NCBI GenBank assembly: GCA_965262585.1
Contig: OZ253546.1
Span: forward strand, 1,930,547-1,994,546
Source of the DNA: Candidatus Poriferihabitaceae bacterium
Lineage (GTDB): Bacteria > Pseudomonadota > Gammaproteobacteria > Arenicellales > Poriferihabitantaceae
Length of the DNA: 64,000 nucleotides
Direction of reading: 5' to 3'
Part shown: one piece after another, positions 19,840-28,860 of the stretch
How the letters are laid out: each line of letters opens with the position of its first letter
How positions within the stretch are numbered: the stretch's first letter is position 1
The notes under the pieces: model-generated
Database searches by the model: none
What the model was told of the DNA's origin: nothing
What the model saw: the letters and a program-made list of their open reading frames with translations, nothing else
Position numbers and translations under genes: made by a program

Positions 19840-19851
19840 CTCTACCCCACA

Positions 19852-20493
19852 TCAAGTCTGCGCTTGCAACCGTCCCGGTGACAGCGAGCATTGGCCACGG
19901 TCGGTGTTGGCGACTATTTTGATGCGGAGAATTTCGGATAGTTCGTCGGCGCCGCCGATATAGGTTCCATTGAGCCAGATTTGCGGTACGGTTACCGGGG
20001 TTTTTGGGCCGATGATGGGCTTCACTCTGGCTAGCATTTCGTATAAAGCGCGTGGTTCTTTGACGACATCGTGGTAGGTGTAGTTGGTGCCAACTTGGTC
20101 GAGGTAGCCTTTGGCGCGGGTGCAGTGCGGGCAGGTTGCCTTGCCGAACAGCACATCGCGGGTAACTTTTGATCTCAAGACGTGGGCTTCGATCACCGCC
20201 TGAGTCAGGACGCCTCGGTTTAATGCTTTGCCTTGACTGATGATGCGCCGGTCTACCATGACGATGGGCGCGTGCCAGCCGCCTTTGGGCAGCGGTTTCC
20301 ACCAGTGGCTGAGCCAGTCCAGCATCTCGAGGTGCACCGGAATTCCTTTCAGTTCATTTTCGAAGGTGTCGGTGATGACATCCCCGGTGAGCGAACATTC
20401 GCCGCAGGGAATCGACACCTTGAACGGCCCAAATTCCCCGGCCCAGCGGTAGACGGTCACGTTGACCGGTGGTGTTGTCACGGTTGTACTCAT
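19852..20493 (-). CDS. Glutaredoxin-family protein with two thioredoxin-fold-like halves (CGEC and CPHC)
   Basis: The C-terminal half has CPHC...VPQIWLNGTYIGGADEL, a classic Grx signature. The N-terminal half has CGEC...PIVMVDRRIISQG. Convergent with the R-M pair and close to nrdJ. Confidence 0.6.
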   Translation of the reverse strand: MSTTVTTPPVNVTVYRWAGEFGPFKVSIPCGECSLTGDVITDTFENELKGIPVHLEMLDWLSHWWKPLPKGGWHAPIVMVDRRIISQGKALNRGVLTQAVIEAHVLRSKVTRDVLFGKATCPHCTRAKGYLDQVGTNYTYHDVVKEPRALYEMLARVKPIIGPKTPVTVPQIWLNGTYIGGADELSEILRIKIVANTDRGQCSLSPGRLQAQT

Positions 20494-20704
20494 AATTTTA
20501 TTCGGCTACTTTGATTCAGTCGCCATTCTAAACCAAATCCCCGGTTTTTGCGGATGAAGCCCGGCCCGGTTCCCGCAATGATTCTATCGCACGGCACCGG
20601 GCAGCGGCGCGGGTGCCGTATAATAACCCCGTATCGCCCCCCGGACCCAAGGCGGCGCGATTTGTGCTACCACAATTTTCGCAAACCAAAACGGAAACCA
20701 CCAA

Positions 20705-21682
20705 ATGTTCAGCAAGAAAGACGATCCGGCGCACCATGACCCGGGCGATTCCGTGCGCACGGCGCATAAAATTCACGCCGACAACCTGCGCGTTCTTGGA
20801 ATGCTGGGGCGGGATTACCTCAAGGAAAGAAAAGTCCGGCGGCGGTGGGGGCTGCTTTTCAAGTTTCTGCTGGCTACTTACCTCGGCGCGGCGTTGTTTT
20901 TGTATTACGCACCCGCCGACCAGTGGTTTCCGATGCCGCACACCGCGCTGGTGGAACTCAGCGGCATCATCGGGCCGGAGGCGGAGAGTTCGGATAAAAT
21001 CAATCAAAGCCTGCGCCGGGCGTTTGCGGCCGGTGACGCTGGCGGCGTGGTGCTGAGAATCAACAGTCCCGGCGGGTCGCCGGTGCAGGCCGCGGAAATC
21101 AATGCGGAGATTCGCCGCCTCAAAAAGCAGTATCCCGACAAGCCGTTTTATGCGGTAATCTCGGACATCTGCGCTTCGGGGGGATATTATGTTGCGGTGG
21201 CCGCCGATAAAATTTACGGCAATCCGGCCAGTTTGGTGGGTTCCATCGGCGTGCGCCTGGACGGTTTCGGTTTCGTCGAATCCATGAATAAACTCGGCAT
21301 CGAACGCCGCCTGCTGACCGCCGGGAATAACAAGGCCATGCTCGACCCATTTTCGCCGCAGCAAGGCCATCAAGTGCGGCACGCCCAATCGGTCCTTGAC
21401 CGAATACACCGGCAGTTCATCGACGCGGTCAAGCAGGGGCGGGGCGCGCGCCTTGCCGAACACGCCGACTTGTTCAGCGGCCTGTTCTGGAGCGGGGAAC
21501 AGGCACAAGTGCTTGGGTTGATTGATGAATTTGGCAGCCTCGACGAGGTCGCCCGGAATGTCATTGGCGCTCGCCGGGTGGTGGATTATACCGTGGAGGA
21601 TTCCTGGCTGGAGCAGTTCCCGGTGTGGTTGGGCGCCGCGATTTCCCGGATGCTGACGCACGGCAATTTTGTCCTGAAATGA
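20705..21682 (+). CDS. sppA: Signal peptide peptidase SppA, 36K type (S49)
   Basis: LRINSPGGSPV and the Ser-nucleophile region ASGGYYVA, with an N-terminal TM segment. Confidence 0.85.
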   Translation: MFSKKDDPAHHDPGDSVRTAHKIHADNLRVLGMLGRDYLKERKVRRRWGLLFKFLLATYLGAALFLYYAPADQWFPMPHTALVELSGIIGPEAESSDKINQSLRRAFAAGDAGGVVLRINSPGGSPVQAAEINAEIRRLKKQYPDKPFYAVISDICASGGYYVAVAADKIYGNPASLVGSIGVRLDGFGFVESMNKLGIERRLLTAGNNKAMLDPFSPQQGHQVRHAQSVLDRIHRQFIDAVKQGRGARLAEHADLFSGLFWSGEQAQVLGLIDEFGSLDEVARNVIGARRVVDYTVEDSWLEQFPVWLGAAISRMLTHGNFVLK

Positions 21683-21722
21683 AAAATCATACCGGCATCG
21701 TCGGCGTACATAGTTCGTTTTT

Positions 21723-23009
21723 ATGAGCACACATCCAAACAACACCGTCTCCGATGCCCGCGCGCTGGCGGCGTTTTCGGTGGGCGCGTTATTTTTCGCT
21801 CTGGCTTTCGTGCAGCGGGTTGCGCCGAGCGTCATGACCACCGAGTTGATGCGCGACTTTGCGGTGGGCGGGGCGGCGCTGGGTACGCTCTCGGGCTGGT
21901 ACTTTTACGCCTACGCCAGCATACAACTGCCGGTCGGCATGCTCAACGACCGTTTCGGCCCGCGCAAACTGATGAGCGTTGCGGTGGCGGTGTGCGCCGT
22001 CGGTTCGTTCGGTTTCGCCCTTAGTGAATCGGTGCTGGCGGCTTCCTTTTTCCGCGCCATGGTTGGCGCCTCGGTGGCGTTCGCCTTTGTCGGCACGCTG
22101 ACCATCGCTGGCTACTGGTTTGCCCCGGCGCGCTTTGCGATGCTGGCGGGAATGGTGCAGAGCATCGGCATGTGCGGCGCCATGCTCGGACAAGCACCGC
22201 TGCGCTACGCAGTGGAGCAATTCGGCTGGCGCACCGCGGTCGGCTCCATGGGCGTGGCGGCGGCGCTGCTGGCGGTGCTGATATTTTATGTGGTGCCGCG
22301 CCGCCCGCAGAACCACGAAGCACACGACCACGAACCGCAGTCACTCGCCGCCGGCATGCTCTCGGTGGTCACCAATCCCCAGAGTTGGGCATGCGCCGGA
22401 ATCGGTTTTGGCATGACCGCCATCATGCTCGCTTTCTCCGGGCTGTGGGCGGTGCCGTGGCTCAACAGCGTTCACGACTATCCGGTCTCACGCGCCGCCT
22501 GGGTGGCGTCGCTATTGTTCTTTGGCTGGGCCCTCGGCGCGCCGGTGATGGGCTGGCTGTCCGACCACACCGGCAAACGCAAGCCGGTGTTGTTGATTGG
22601 AATCCTCTGCAACACGCTGATTTTTTCGGTGGTGTTGTTTGGCGGCTTCAGCGCGCTGCCGGTCATGGCATTTTTGTTTTTCATACTCGGCATCAGCGGC
22701 TCGATGATGACCGTGGCTTTCGGCTCCATGCGCGAAGTCAATTCGCCACGCCACAGTTCGACCGCCATGGGTCTGGTCAATATGTGCGTGGTTGGTTCCG
22801 GGGCGGTGATGCAACCGTTGATCGGCTGGATGCTGGACCTCAACTGGGACGGACAAATCGTAGCAGGCGCGCGCATCTACGGCGCCGACGCCTACACCAC
22901 CGCATTCAGCGTCCTGATTGGCTCCAATCTGCTGGCGCTGGTGTGCATCCTGCTGCTACGCGAAACCTACTGCCGCCCGCTGGCGGAGTTGGATAGTAAG
23001 GCAAGGTAG
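21723..23009 (+). CDS. MFS transporter
   Basis: About 12 hydrophobic segments. MFS loop motif GMLNDRFGPRK between TM2 and TM3. Confidence 0.8.
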   Translation: MSTHPNNTVSDARALAAFSVGALFFALAFVQRVAPSVMTTELMRDFAVGGAALGTLSGWYFYAYASIQLPVGMLNDRFGPRKLMSVAVAVCAVGSFGFALSESVLAASFFRAMVGASVAFAFVGTLTIAGYWFAPARFAMLAGMVQSIGMCGAMLGQAPLRYAVEQFGWRTAVGSMGVAAALLAVLIFYVVPRRPQNHEAHDHEPQSLAAGMLSVVTNPQSWACAGIGFGMTAIMLAFSGLWAVPWLNSVHDYPVSRAAWVASLLFFGWALGAPVMGWLSDHTGKRKPVLLIGILCNTLIFSVVLFGGFSALPVMAFLFFILGISGSMMTVAFGSMREVNSPRHSSTAMGLVNMCVVGSGAVMQPLIGWMLDLNWDGQIVAGARIYGADAYTTAFSVLIGSNLLALVCILLLRETYCRPLAELDSKAR

Positions 23010-23062
23010 GCGACGTCCCATTTGGTTCTATGCGCGGCTATAAAAAAACACACTACTGAAAA

Positions 23063-24571
23063 TCATTCCACCGTCAGCACGCGAATCAAATTGGTGCTGC
23101 CGGCTTGGTGGGAACTGCCTGCGGTCAGGATTACCAGATCGCCGGGTGCCACATAGCCGAGTTCTCCGGCGCGTGACATGGCGAATTGGAGTTTGTCTTC
23201 ATCGGTGCCGGCGGCGGCGTAATGGATGGCGTGCACCCCCCAGTTTAGGGCCAGTCGGCGAACCACCTGTGGCGATGAGGTGATTGCCAGAATGGGGCTT
23301 TCCGGGCGGTATTTGGAAATCAGCCGCGAGGTGCGGCCGGTCTCGGTCAGCGCCAGAATGGCGGCGGCGTTCAGGTGGTTGGCCATGGTGATGGCGGCCT
23401 GGGCCACGGCTTCGGTGACTTCGTCGGAAGGGTTCGGGTTGATCTGCTGGAGGTAGCCGTATTGCTTTAGCCCGGCTTCCGCTTCGATGGTCAGGGCCAC
23501 CATGGTGCGCACCGCTTCCACCGGACGCAACCCGGCGGCGGTTTCACCGGATAACATGACCGCCGAGGTGCCGTCAAAAATGGCGTTGGCGACGTCGGAG
23601 ACCTCGGCGCGGGTCGGGCGCGGGTTGCGCTCCATGGAATCCAACATCTGAGTGGCGGTGATAACCGGTTTGCCGTTGGAGACGGTGGCGCGGATGATGC
23701 GTTTTTGGATGGTGGGGCCTTTGCCCATCTCCAGTTCCACCCCCAAATCGCCGCGCGCTACCATGATGCCGTTGGCGGCGGCGATGATGCCGTCGATGTT
23801 GTCCACGCCGGCGCGGTTTTCAATTTTAGCGATGATCGGAATGTCGGCGCCGAGTTCCTTCAGTTGCGCATGTAGCGCGCGGATTTCACCGGCGTTGCGT
23901 ATGAACGAGGCGGCGATATATTCCACTTCATTGGCGACGGCGAATTCGATCTCGCGGGAATCGTCGGGCGCGAGGCGTTCATATGCATCGCTGTTGTCCG
24001 GCAGGTTGACGCCCTTGCTGTCGCGCAGAACGCCGCCGCATTCGACCCGGCATTGAATATCCCGGCCGCTTGCTTTGGTGACGATGAGTTCGATCTGCCC
24101 ATCGTCAATCATCACCCGATCGCCGGTTTTGAGGTGGCCGGAAAGGTCGGGGTGGGTGGTGGATACGCCGTGCTCGTCGCCGCAGCGGCCGTCTCCGTAT
24201 AACGAATAAACTTGGTTTCGTTCCAGCAGAAGTTTGCCCTTCTCCAGTTTGCCGGTGCGGATTTCCCGGCCACGGGTGTCCACCATGATCGCCACCGTGG
24301 CGTCCAGCGACTGCGCCGCCCGGCGGATGCGTTGCAGGGTGTCGGCGTGGGACTCGGTGCTGCCGTGGGACATGTTGAGCCGGGCGACGTTCATACCGGC
24401 GGCAATCATCTCCCGCAGCGTTTCGTCGTTGTCGCAGGCCGGGCCGATGGTAGCGATGACCTTGGTCTTTCTAAATTTTTGGCGGGGCTTCAGCGTGGAA
24501 TTCCGTTGCGAGGATGTTGCGGGATTATAGTATGATGCGCAGCACAAACCCACACCTGCTGCATACTTCAT
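23063..24571 (-). CDS. pyk: Pyruvate kinase
   Basis: KTKVIATIGPA, NVARLNMSHG, MVARGDLGVE and the C-terminal regulatory domain. The start is uncertain: ATG 24571 gives an unusually long N-terminus. Confidence 0.85.
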   Translation of the reverse strand: MKYAAGVGLCCASYYNPATSSQRNSTLKPRQKFRKTKVIATIGPACDNDETLREMIAAGMNVARLNMSHGSTESHADTLQRIRRAAQSLDATVAIMVDTRGREIRTGKLEKGKLLLERNQVYSLYGDGRCGDEHGVSTTHPDLSGHLKTGDRVMIDDGQIELIVTKASGRDIQCRVECGGVLRDSKGVNLPDNSDAYERLAPDDSREIEFAVANEVEYIAASFIRNAGEIRALHAQLKELGADIPIIAKIENRAGVDNIDGIIAAANGIMVARGDLGVELEMGKGPTIQKRIIRATVSNGKPVITATQMLDSMERNPRPTRAEVSDVANAIFDGTSAVMLSGETAAGLRPVEAVRTMVALTIEAEAGLKQYGYLQQINPNPSDEVTEAVAQAAITMANHLNAAAILALTETGRTSRLISKYRPESPILAITSSPQVVRRLALNWGVHAIHYAAAGTDEDKLQFAMSRAGELGYVAPGDLVILTAGSSHQAGSTNLIRVLTVE

Positions 24572-25652
24572 GGCGCAAAAAATGACCAAGGGAAGGCGCT
24601 GGTTCTACCTCCTGTTCCCCCTGCTGTGCTTCTTCGTATTCGCCTGGCCGCCATACCGGCTGGCCGGCTGGTATTGGCCGGAGGGCTCGGCTATCGGTCT
24701 GGAATACGCGGTGCTGATCTGGCTATTCGCCACCACCGCCCTGTGGTATTCGTTCCGCAGCCCGAACATGCGGATACGCTATGTCATGGTGCATTGGATG
24801 GGCGTCAGTTTCATTCTCTTCGTCTTGACGCTGGCATACGAGGTGATGCGCGTGGTTGCGCCGGTGGACGACCACGCTGCGGTGCCGTGGATTCTCGGCA
24901 TCGCCACGCTGTTGGTGGTACTGGCGGTGATCGCATCCCACTTTCTGAGCGTTAAATACCTCGAATTCGGTTCCGAAAAAATTACCCGGCCACACCGCAT
25001 CGTGCAGATCAGCGACGTCCACATCGGCTCGCGACAGGGCGGCTACCTGACCCGGATCGTCAACCGCATCAATCTACTGAAGCCGGATGTGGTGGTCATC
25101 ACCGGCGATCTGGTGGACTCCGCAGCGGTTGGCCACGATGAACTCAAATGCCTCAAGCGGCTGTCCGCCCGGACTTTGTTTAGCATCGGCAATCATGAAC
25201 GCTATGCCGATCTCGACAAGGTGCTCGCCCTGCTGACCGAACTGGGAGTCGAGTCGCTGCGCCAGCGTCGGGTCATCGCCGGTGAACTGCAGGTTATCGG
25301 CATTGATGATGCCGACGAGCATGATCAGGTGGCTTGCATGCTGCCGACCATTCAAGATCGCAGCGATCATTACACCGTGCTTTTGTATCACCGGCCGCTG
25401 GGCTGGGAGGCGGCGGTGGAGCACGGTGTGGATTTAATGCTCAGCGGGCACACCCACAACGGGCAGATTTTTCCGTTCAACCTGCTGGTGAAGCGCCAAT
25501 TCCGCCGCATCAGCGGGTTATACAGCGAAGGCGGCGGGCATCTCTATGTTTCGCCGGGCACCGGCACCTGGGGGCCGCTCATGCGCCTCGGTTCGTTTAA
25601 TGAAATTACTTGCATCGATGTAATGCCAATCACATCGCCGACATCGTTATAG
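24570..25652 (+). CDS. Membrane-anchored metallophosphoesterase (YaeI-like)
   Basis: N-terminal TM segments, then the calcineurin-like motifs SDVHIG, GDLVD, GNHE and GHTHNG. An alternative start is ATG 24582. Confidence 0.8.
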   Translation: MAQKMTKGRRWFYLLFPLLCFFVFAWPPYRLAGWYWPEGSAIGLEYAVLIWLFATTALWYSFRSPNMRIRYVMVHWMGVSFILFVLTLAYEVMRVVAPVDDHAAVPWILGIATLLVVLAVIASHFLSVKYLEFGSEKITRPHRIVQISDVHIGSRQGGYLTRIVNRINLLKPDVVVITGDLVDSAAVGHDELKCLKRLSARTLFSIGNHERYADLDKVLALLTELGVESLRQRRVIAGELQVIGIDDADEHDQVACMLPTIQDRSDHYTVLLYHRPLGWEAAVEHGVDLMLSGHTHNGQIFPFNLLVKRQFRRISGLYSEGGGHLYVSPGTGTWGPLMRLGSFNEITCIDVMPITSPTSL

Positions 25653-25676
25653 GCACCGTTATAGCCGACGCCACGC

Positions 25677-26321
25677 TCACTCCGGCAACGGAATTTCCTT
25701 TGTCGTGGCGTTGGGTGCGGCAGGCACTTGGTATCCCCGAAGCACCGCCGGGCGGGCGGCGATGGCACGATACCAGCGTTCGACATTGGGGTATTCCGCA
25801 AAATCGATTCCCTGCCATTCGAAGCGCGAAATCCACGGCCACGAAGCGATGTCGGCGACCGAGTATTCCCCGGCCAGATATTCACGATGCGCCAGTCGCT
25901 CATCCATGACATCGTATAAACGTTGCGCTTCAATGGCGTAGCGTTTTTCCGCGTAGTCGCTGGTCCCCCGGTTGTAGTGAAGGAAGTGGTGGGCTTGGCC
26001 GAGCATTGGGCCGAGCCCGCCCATTTGAAACATCAGCCATTCCATCGTCCGCCAGCGAGCGGCCTCGTCCGTGGGCAGGAAGCGACCGCTTTTTTCGGCG
26101 AGATACAGCAAAATGGCGCCGGACTCCATCATCGTCCTGCCGTTGTCGTGGTCGACGATGGCGGGAATTTTGTTGTTGGGACTGATTTTCAGAAAATCGT
26201 CATGGAACTGCTGGTCGTTGCCGATGTCGATCGCATGCACCGTATACGGCAGTTCGATTTCCTCCAGCATAATGGAAACCTTTCGCCCGTTGGGCGTGCT
26301 CCAAGTGTACAGATCAATCAA
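25677..26321 (-). CDS. yfcG: Nu-class glutathione S-transferase (YfcG-like)
   Basis: Near-colinear with E. coli YfcG as I remember it: IDLY..TPNG.K, ISPNNKIPAIVDH, ESGAILLYLAEK and GGLGPMLGQ.HHF. TTG start at 26321 with GGAGG upstream. Confidence 0.8.
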   Translation of the reverse strand: MIDLYTWSTPNGRKVSIMLEEIELPYTVHAIDIGNDQQFHDDFLKISPNNKIPAIVDHDNGRTMMESGAILLYLAEKSGRFLPTDEAARWRTMEWLMFQMGGLGPMLGQAHHFLHYNRGTSDYAEKRYAIEAQRLYDVMDERLAHREYLAGEYSVADIASWPWISRFEWQGIDFAEYPNVERWYRAIAARPAVLRGYQVPAAPNATTKEIPLPE

Positions 26322-26516
26322 CGGTGGCCTCCGGGGATGGCGAATTTTTCGGGGGAGTGCGGGAACGCAAGGGCTGATTGTGGCACAAGCCGCACAGTGT
26401 CGGCGCAAATTTCGCATAAATTTCTAGGCAAGCGGCCTGACTTTATGCGGCGGTTTCGTGGTATCTTATGGTATCTTTATATCCCATATTTCGGCAACCA
26501 CCCAGCAGGCTGCGCT

Positions 26517-27038
26517 ATGAATAACACCACAATACTCCAAACCGCCAAAGCGGTCGTCAGTTGGGCGATCACGCTCTGGATATGCAAGGTATTCCTCACA
26601 TCCTTGCCCTATAAATTCTCCGGCCACCCGGACACCCAACACATCTTCGGCACCATCGGCGAATGGCTGAAAGGAATTCTGGGGCAGGGCCTCGGCGCAT
26701 GGTTCATCGATTCCGGCGCCTATCTGGTGGGCAGTTTCGAACTCCTGACCTCGCTGGTGCTGCTGTTGCCGGCGTTGCTTTGGGTCATCGCCAAAGTCGG
26801 CTTAGGCGACTTGGGTGCGCGGGCACGCTTCCACGGAGTCGGCGGACTCATGGCCGCGGGGGTGATGTCCGGCGCGGTGTTTTTCCATTTATTCACTCCG
26901 CTGGGAGTGGAGGTTTTGCACCAGGGCAAGAGCGACGGCGGTTCGCTGTTTTACGCCGCGGTTTCCATCCTGGTGCTTGGCCTCGCGCTATTCGTGATCA
27001 ACGTCGGGGACTTAATGAAAACAAGGGGCGAACGATAA
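26517..27038 (+). CDS. Small integral membrane protein (DoxX-like?)
   Basis: 173 aa with four hydrophobic segments. Start at ATG 26517; the longer track ORF (25923) runs antisense to the GST gene. Confidence 0.5.
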   Translation: MNNTTILQTAKAVVSWAITLWICKVFLTSLPYKFSGHPDTQHIFGTIGEWLKGILGQGLGAWFIDSGAYLVGSFELLTSLVLLLPALLWVIAKVGLGDLGARARFHGVGGLMAAGVMSGAVFFHLFTPLGVEVLHQGKSDGGSLFYAAVSILVLGLALFVINVGDLMKTRGER

Positions 27039-27111
27039 GCATTTTTCTCGCCCCAGACGCCCCACAATTCCCGGTGTCGGCCATTGGCCACAGTTTCTAT
27101 GAAGGTGGCCG

Positions 27112-27945
27112 ATGAAGGTGACCAGCGTAATGGTGATCGTCTATATTTCCTGCTGTATTCGCATTGCCACCCGGCCGTGTAAATACTTTCAGTTAAACGC
27201 GCCGTTTTTCGACACCGAGAAGGGGATTTTCTCCAAGATCGACATCGACCGCCTGATACCATCGGCCTGGCGGCTGGCTCAGGCGTACGATGATGGCGCA
27301 CGAATGCCGGATCGTTATCCGGTGTTCGTCAAACCGGAATGGAGTCAGAACGCCAAAGGCGTATACCGCGCCGCCGATGCCGTCGAATTGCGCCGTATCC
27401 GCGAAAAAATCAGCGGGTCGCGGGTCAGATATATGCTTCAGGAAGGCGCCGTGGAGGCCAACGAATACGAGATTTTTTCCATTAGTCACCACCACGATCC
27501 GAAGCGATGGGCGGTGCTCACCATAACCCAAGCGTGCAACTCCGCCGAACTCCACCCGGTCAACAGCATCTATAATCCCAACACCCACTACCGCGAAATC
27601 ACCGCTTCATTTTCCGCCGCGCAACTCGTTCAACTGTGGGCGCTGGTGTGCCGCATCGGTCGATTTGGAATATCCAGAGTCAGCGTGCGCGCCGATTCCA
27701 TCGACGACCTGTTGCGCGGGAAGTTTCATGTCATCGAAGTCAATTTATTTCTGCCCATGCCCATTCACCTGCTCGACCGGCGCAACTCGCGCATGGATAT
27801 TCTGCGTTTCGTGGCATCCGGCATGATGCGCCTCGCCCTGGCCACCAAATACCGCGACAAAACTCCCGACAAACCGATATTCATCAAGAGCATGTTATAC
27901 AACCGCAGCAGCGGCTTGCTCAATTTCCTGAGGGCGCAATTTTGA
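27112..27945 (+). CDS. Putative ATP-grasp fold protein
   Basis: YPVFVKPEWSQNAKGVY resembles the ATP-grasp Lys loop, and FHVIEVNLFLPMP resembles the E-x-N Mg site. There is no other recognisable family signature. Confidence 0.5.
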   Translation: MKVTSVMVIVYISCCIRIATRPCKYFQLNAPFFDTEKGIFSKIDIDRLIPSAWRLAQAYDDGARMPDRYPVFVKPEWSQNAKGVYRAADAVELRRIREKISGSRVRYMLQEGAVEANEYEIFSISHHHDPKRWAVLTITQACNSAELHPVNSIYNPNTHYREITASFSAAQLVQLWALVCRIGRFGISRVSVRADSIDDLLRGKFHVIEVNLFLPMPIHLLDRRNSRMDILRFVASGMMRLALATKYRDKTPDKPIFIKSMLYNRSSGLLNFLRAQF

Positions 27946-28850
27946 GAAAACTGAATGCGTGGCTTTACCACTTGCTCAGCGCGCGTTACATGCACGGCTG
28001 CACCAGTTACAACACCCTGCTGGTCCGCAAGAATTGCCGCTCAAAAGCGCAAGGGCGGGAAGTGTTTGCGCGCAACGACGTCCCCCACGCTCGCGGCATG
28101 ATTTTTTTGTTGCCGTGGAAGGTGCGCGAGTTTGTCCGTGAGCACGGCTTTCCGGTGGTGGTAAAACCCAATGTAAGCGGCTATTCCCGTGGCAGTTATT
28201 TTCCCATCAACAATTTCCGCGAATTGTGGCGTGGGATATTGCTAGCCAAGGTGTGGTGGCCGACCACGGTAATCGAGCAATACCTCGCCGGCGCCAACTA
28301 CCGCGTGCTGACCACCGGCGAACACTTGGTTTCGGTGATCCGGCGTTATCCGCCATTCGTCATCGGCAACGGCAGCGACAGCATCAGCGCCCTCATCGAT
28401 GAAGAAAACCTCGTGCGCGCGCGCATGAAACTGCACCCGACCATTTATCCCATCCGCAAGAGTGAACAGGTGATCGCCCACCTGAAAAAACAAAACATGG
28501 GATTGGATTCGGTGCCGGAAAAAGATTGCCAAGTGGAACTGTTCCACCGCGTTGCGTTGGCTCCGGGGGGCGTGGTGGAGATCATCGACCAGCGCACCAT
28601 CCCGCAAGATAACGTCGAATTATTCACCGCCGTGGTGAAAATGTTCGACGCCAACCTACTCGGCATCGATGTTATTTTTGAGAAGGGAATCGAGACTAGT
28701 TACAAAGAGCAGAAATGCATATTCATCGAGGTCAACTCCCGGCCCTACGCCGAAATGCACCACTTCCCGCGCTACGGAAAAGTCGAAGATTTATCCGTCC
28801 ACTACGCCGAACTTGAGCAACTCGACATTCCCGACAAGGATATTTTTTAG
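27942..28850 (+). CDS. Stand-alone ATP-grasp ligase resembling the cyanophycin-synthetase (CphA) ATP-grasp domain
   Basis: FPVVVKPNVSGYSRGSYF, YRVLTTGEHLVSVIRRYPPFVIGNGSDSISALIDEEN and IFIEVNSRPY are colinear with the CphA/RimK-type core. The TTG start overlaps the upstream stop (TTTGA). An alternative start is ATG 27990. Confidence 0.7.
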   Translation: MRKLNAWLYHLLSARYMHGCTSYNTLLVRKNCRSKAQGREVFARNDVPHARGMIFLLPWKVREFVREHGFPVVVKPNVSGYSRGSYFPINNFRELWRGILLAKVWWPTTVIEQYLAGANYRVLTTGEHLVSVIRRYPPFVIGNGSDSISALIDEENLVRARMKLHPTIYPIRKSEQVIAHLKKQNMGLDSVPEKDCQVELFHRVALAPGGVVEIIDQRTIPQDNVELFTAVVKMFDANLLGIDVIFEKGIETSYKEQKCIFIEVNSRPYAEMHHFPRYGKVEDLSVHYAELEQLDIPDKDIF

Positions 28851-28860
28851 GACGTTTTTG

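Noticed and set aside
20528-21841. 437-aa minus-strand ORF
   Set aside because: It lies entirely antisense to the well-supported sppA gene and the start of the MFS gene. Its Arg/Ala/Gly/Pro-rich composition is typical of GC-rich antisense frames.
25923-27038. 371-aa plus-strand ORF
   Set aside because: The N-terminal roughly 200 aa are antisense to the YfcG-like GST gene. Only the hydrophobic C-terminal 173 aa (from ATG 26517) were kept as a gene.
27636-28850. 404-aa ORF start at 27636
   Set aside because: The first roughly 100 codons overlap the upstream ATP-grasp-like gene in another frame and translate to Arg/His/Pro-rich low-complexity sequence. The start was moved to the coupled TTG at 27942.
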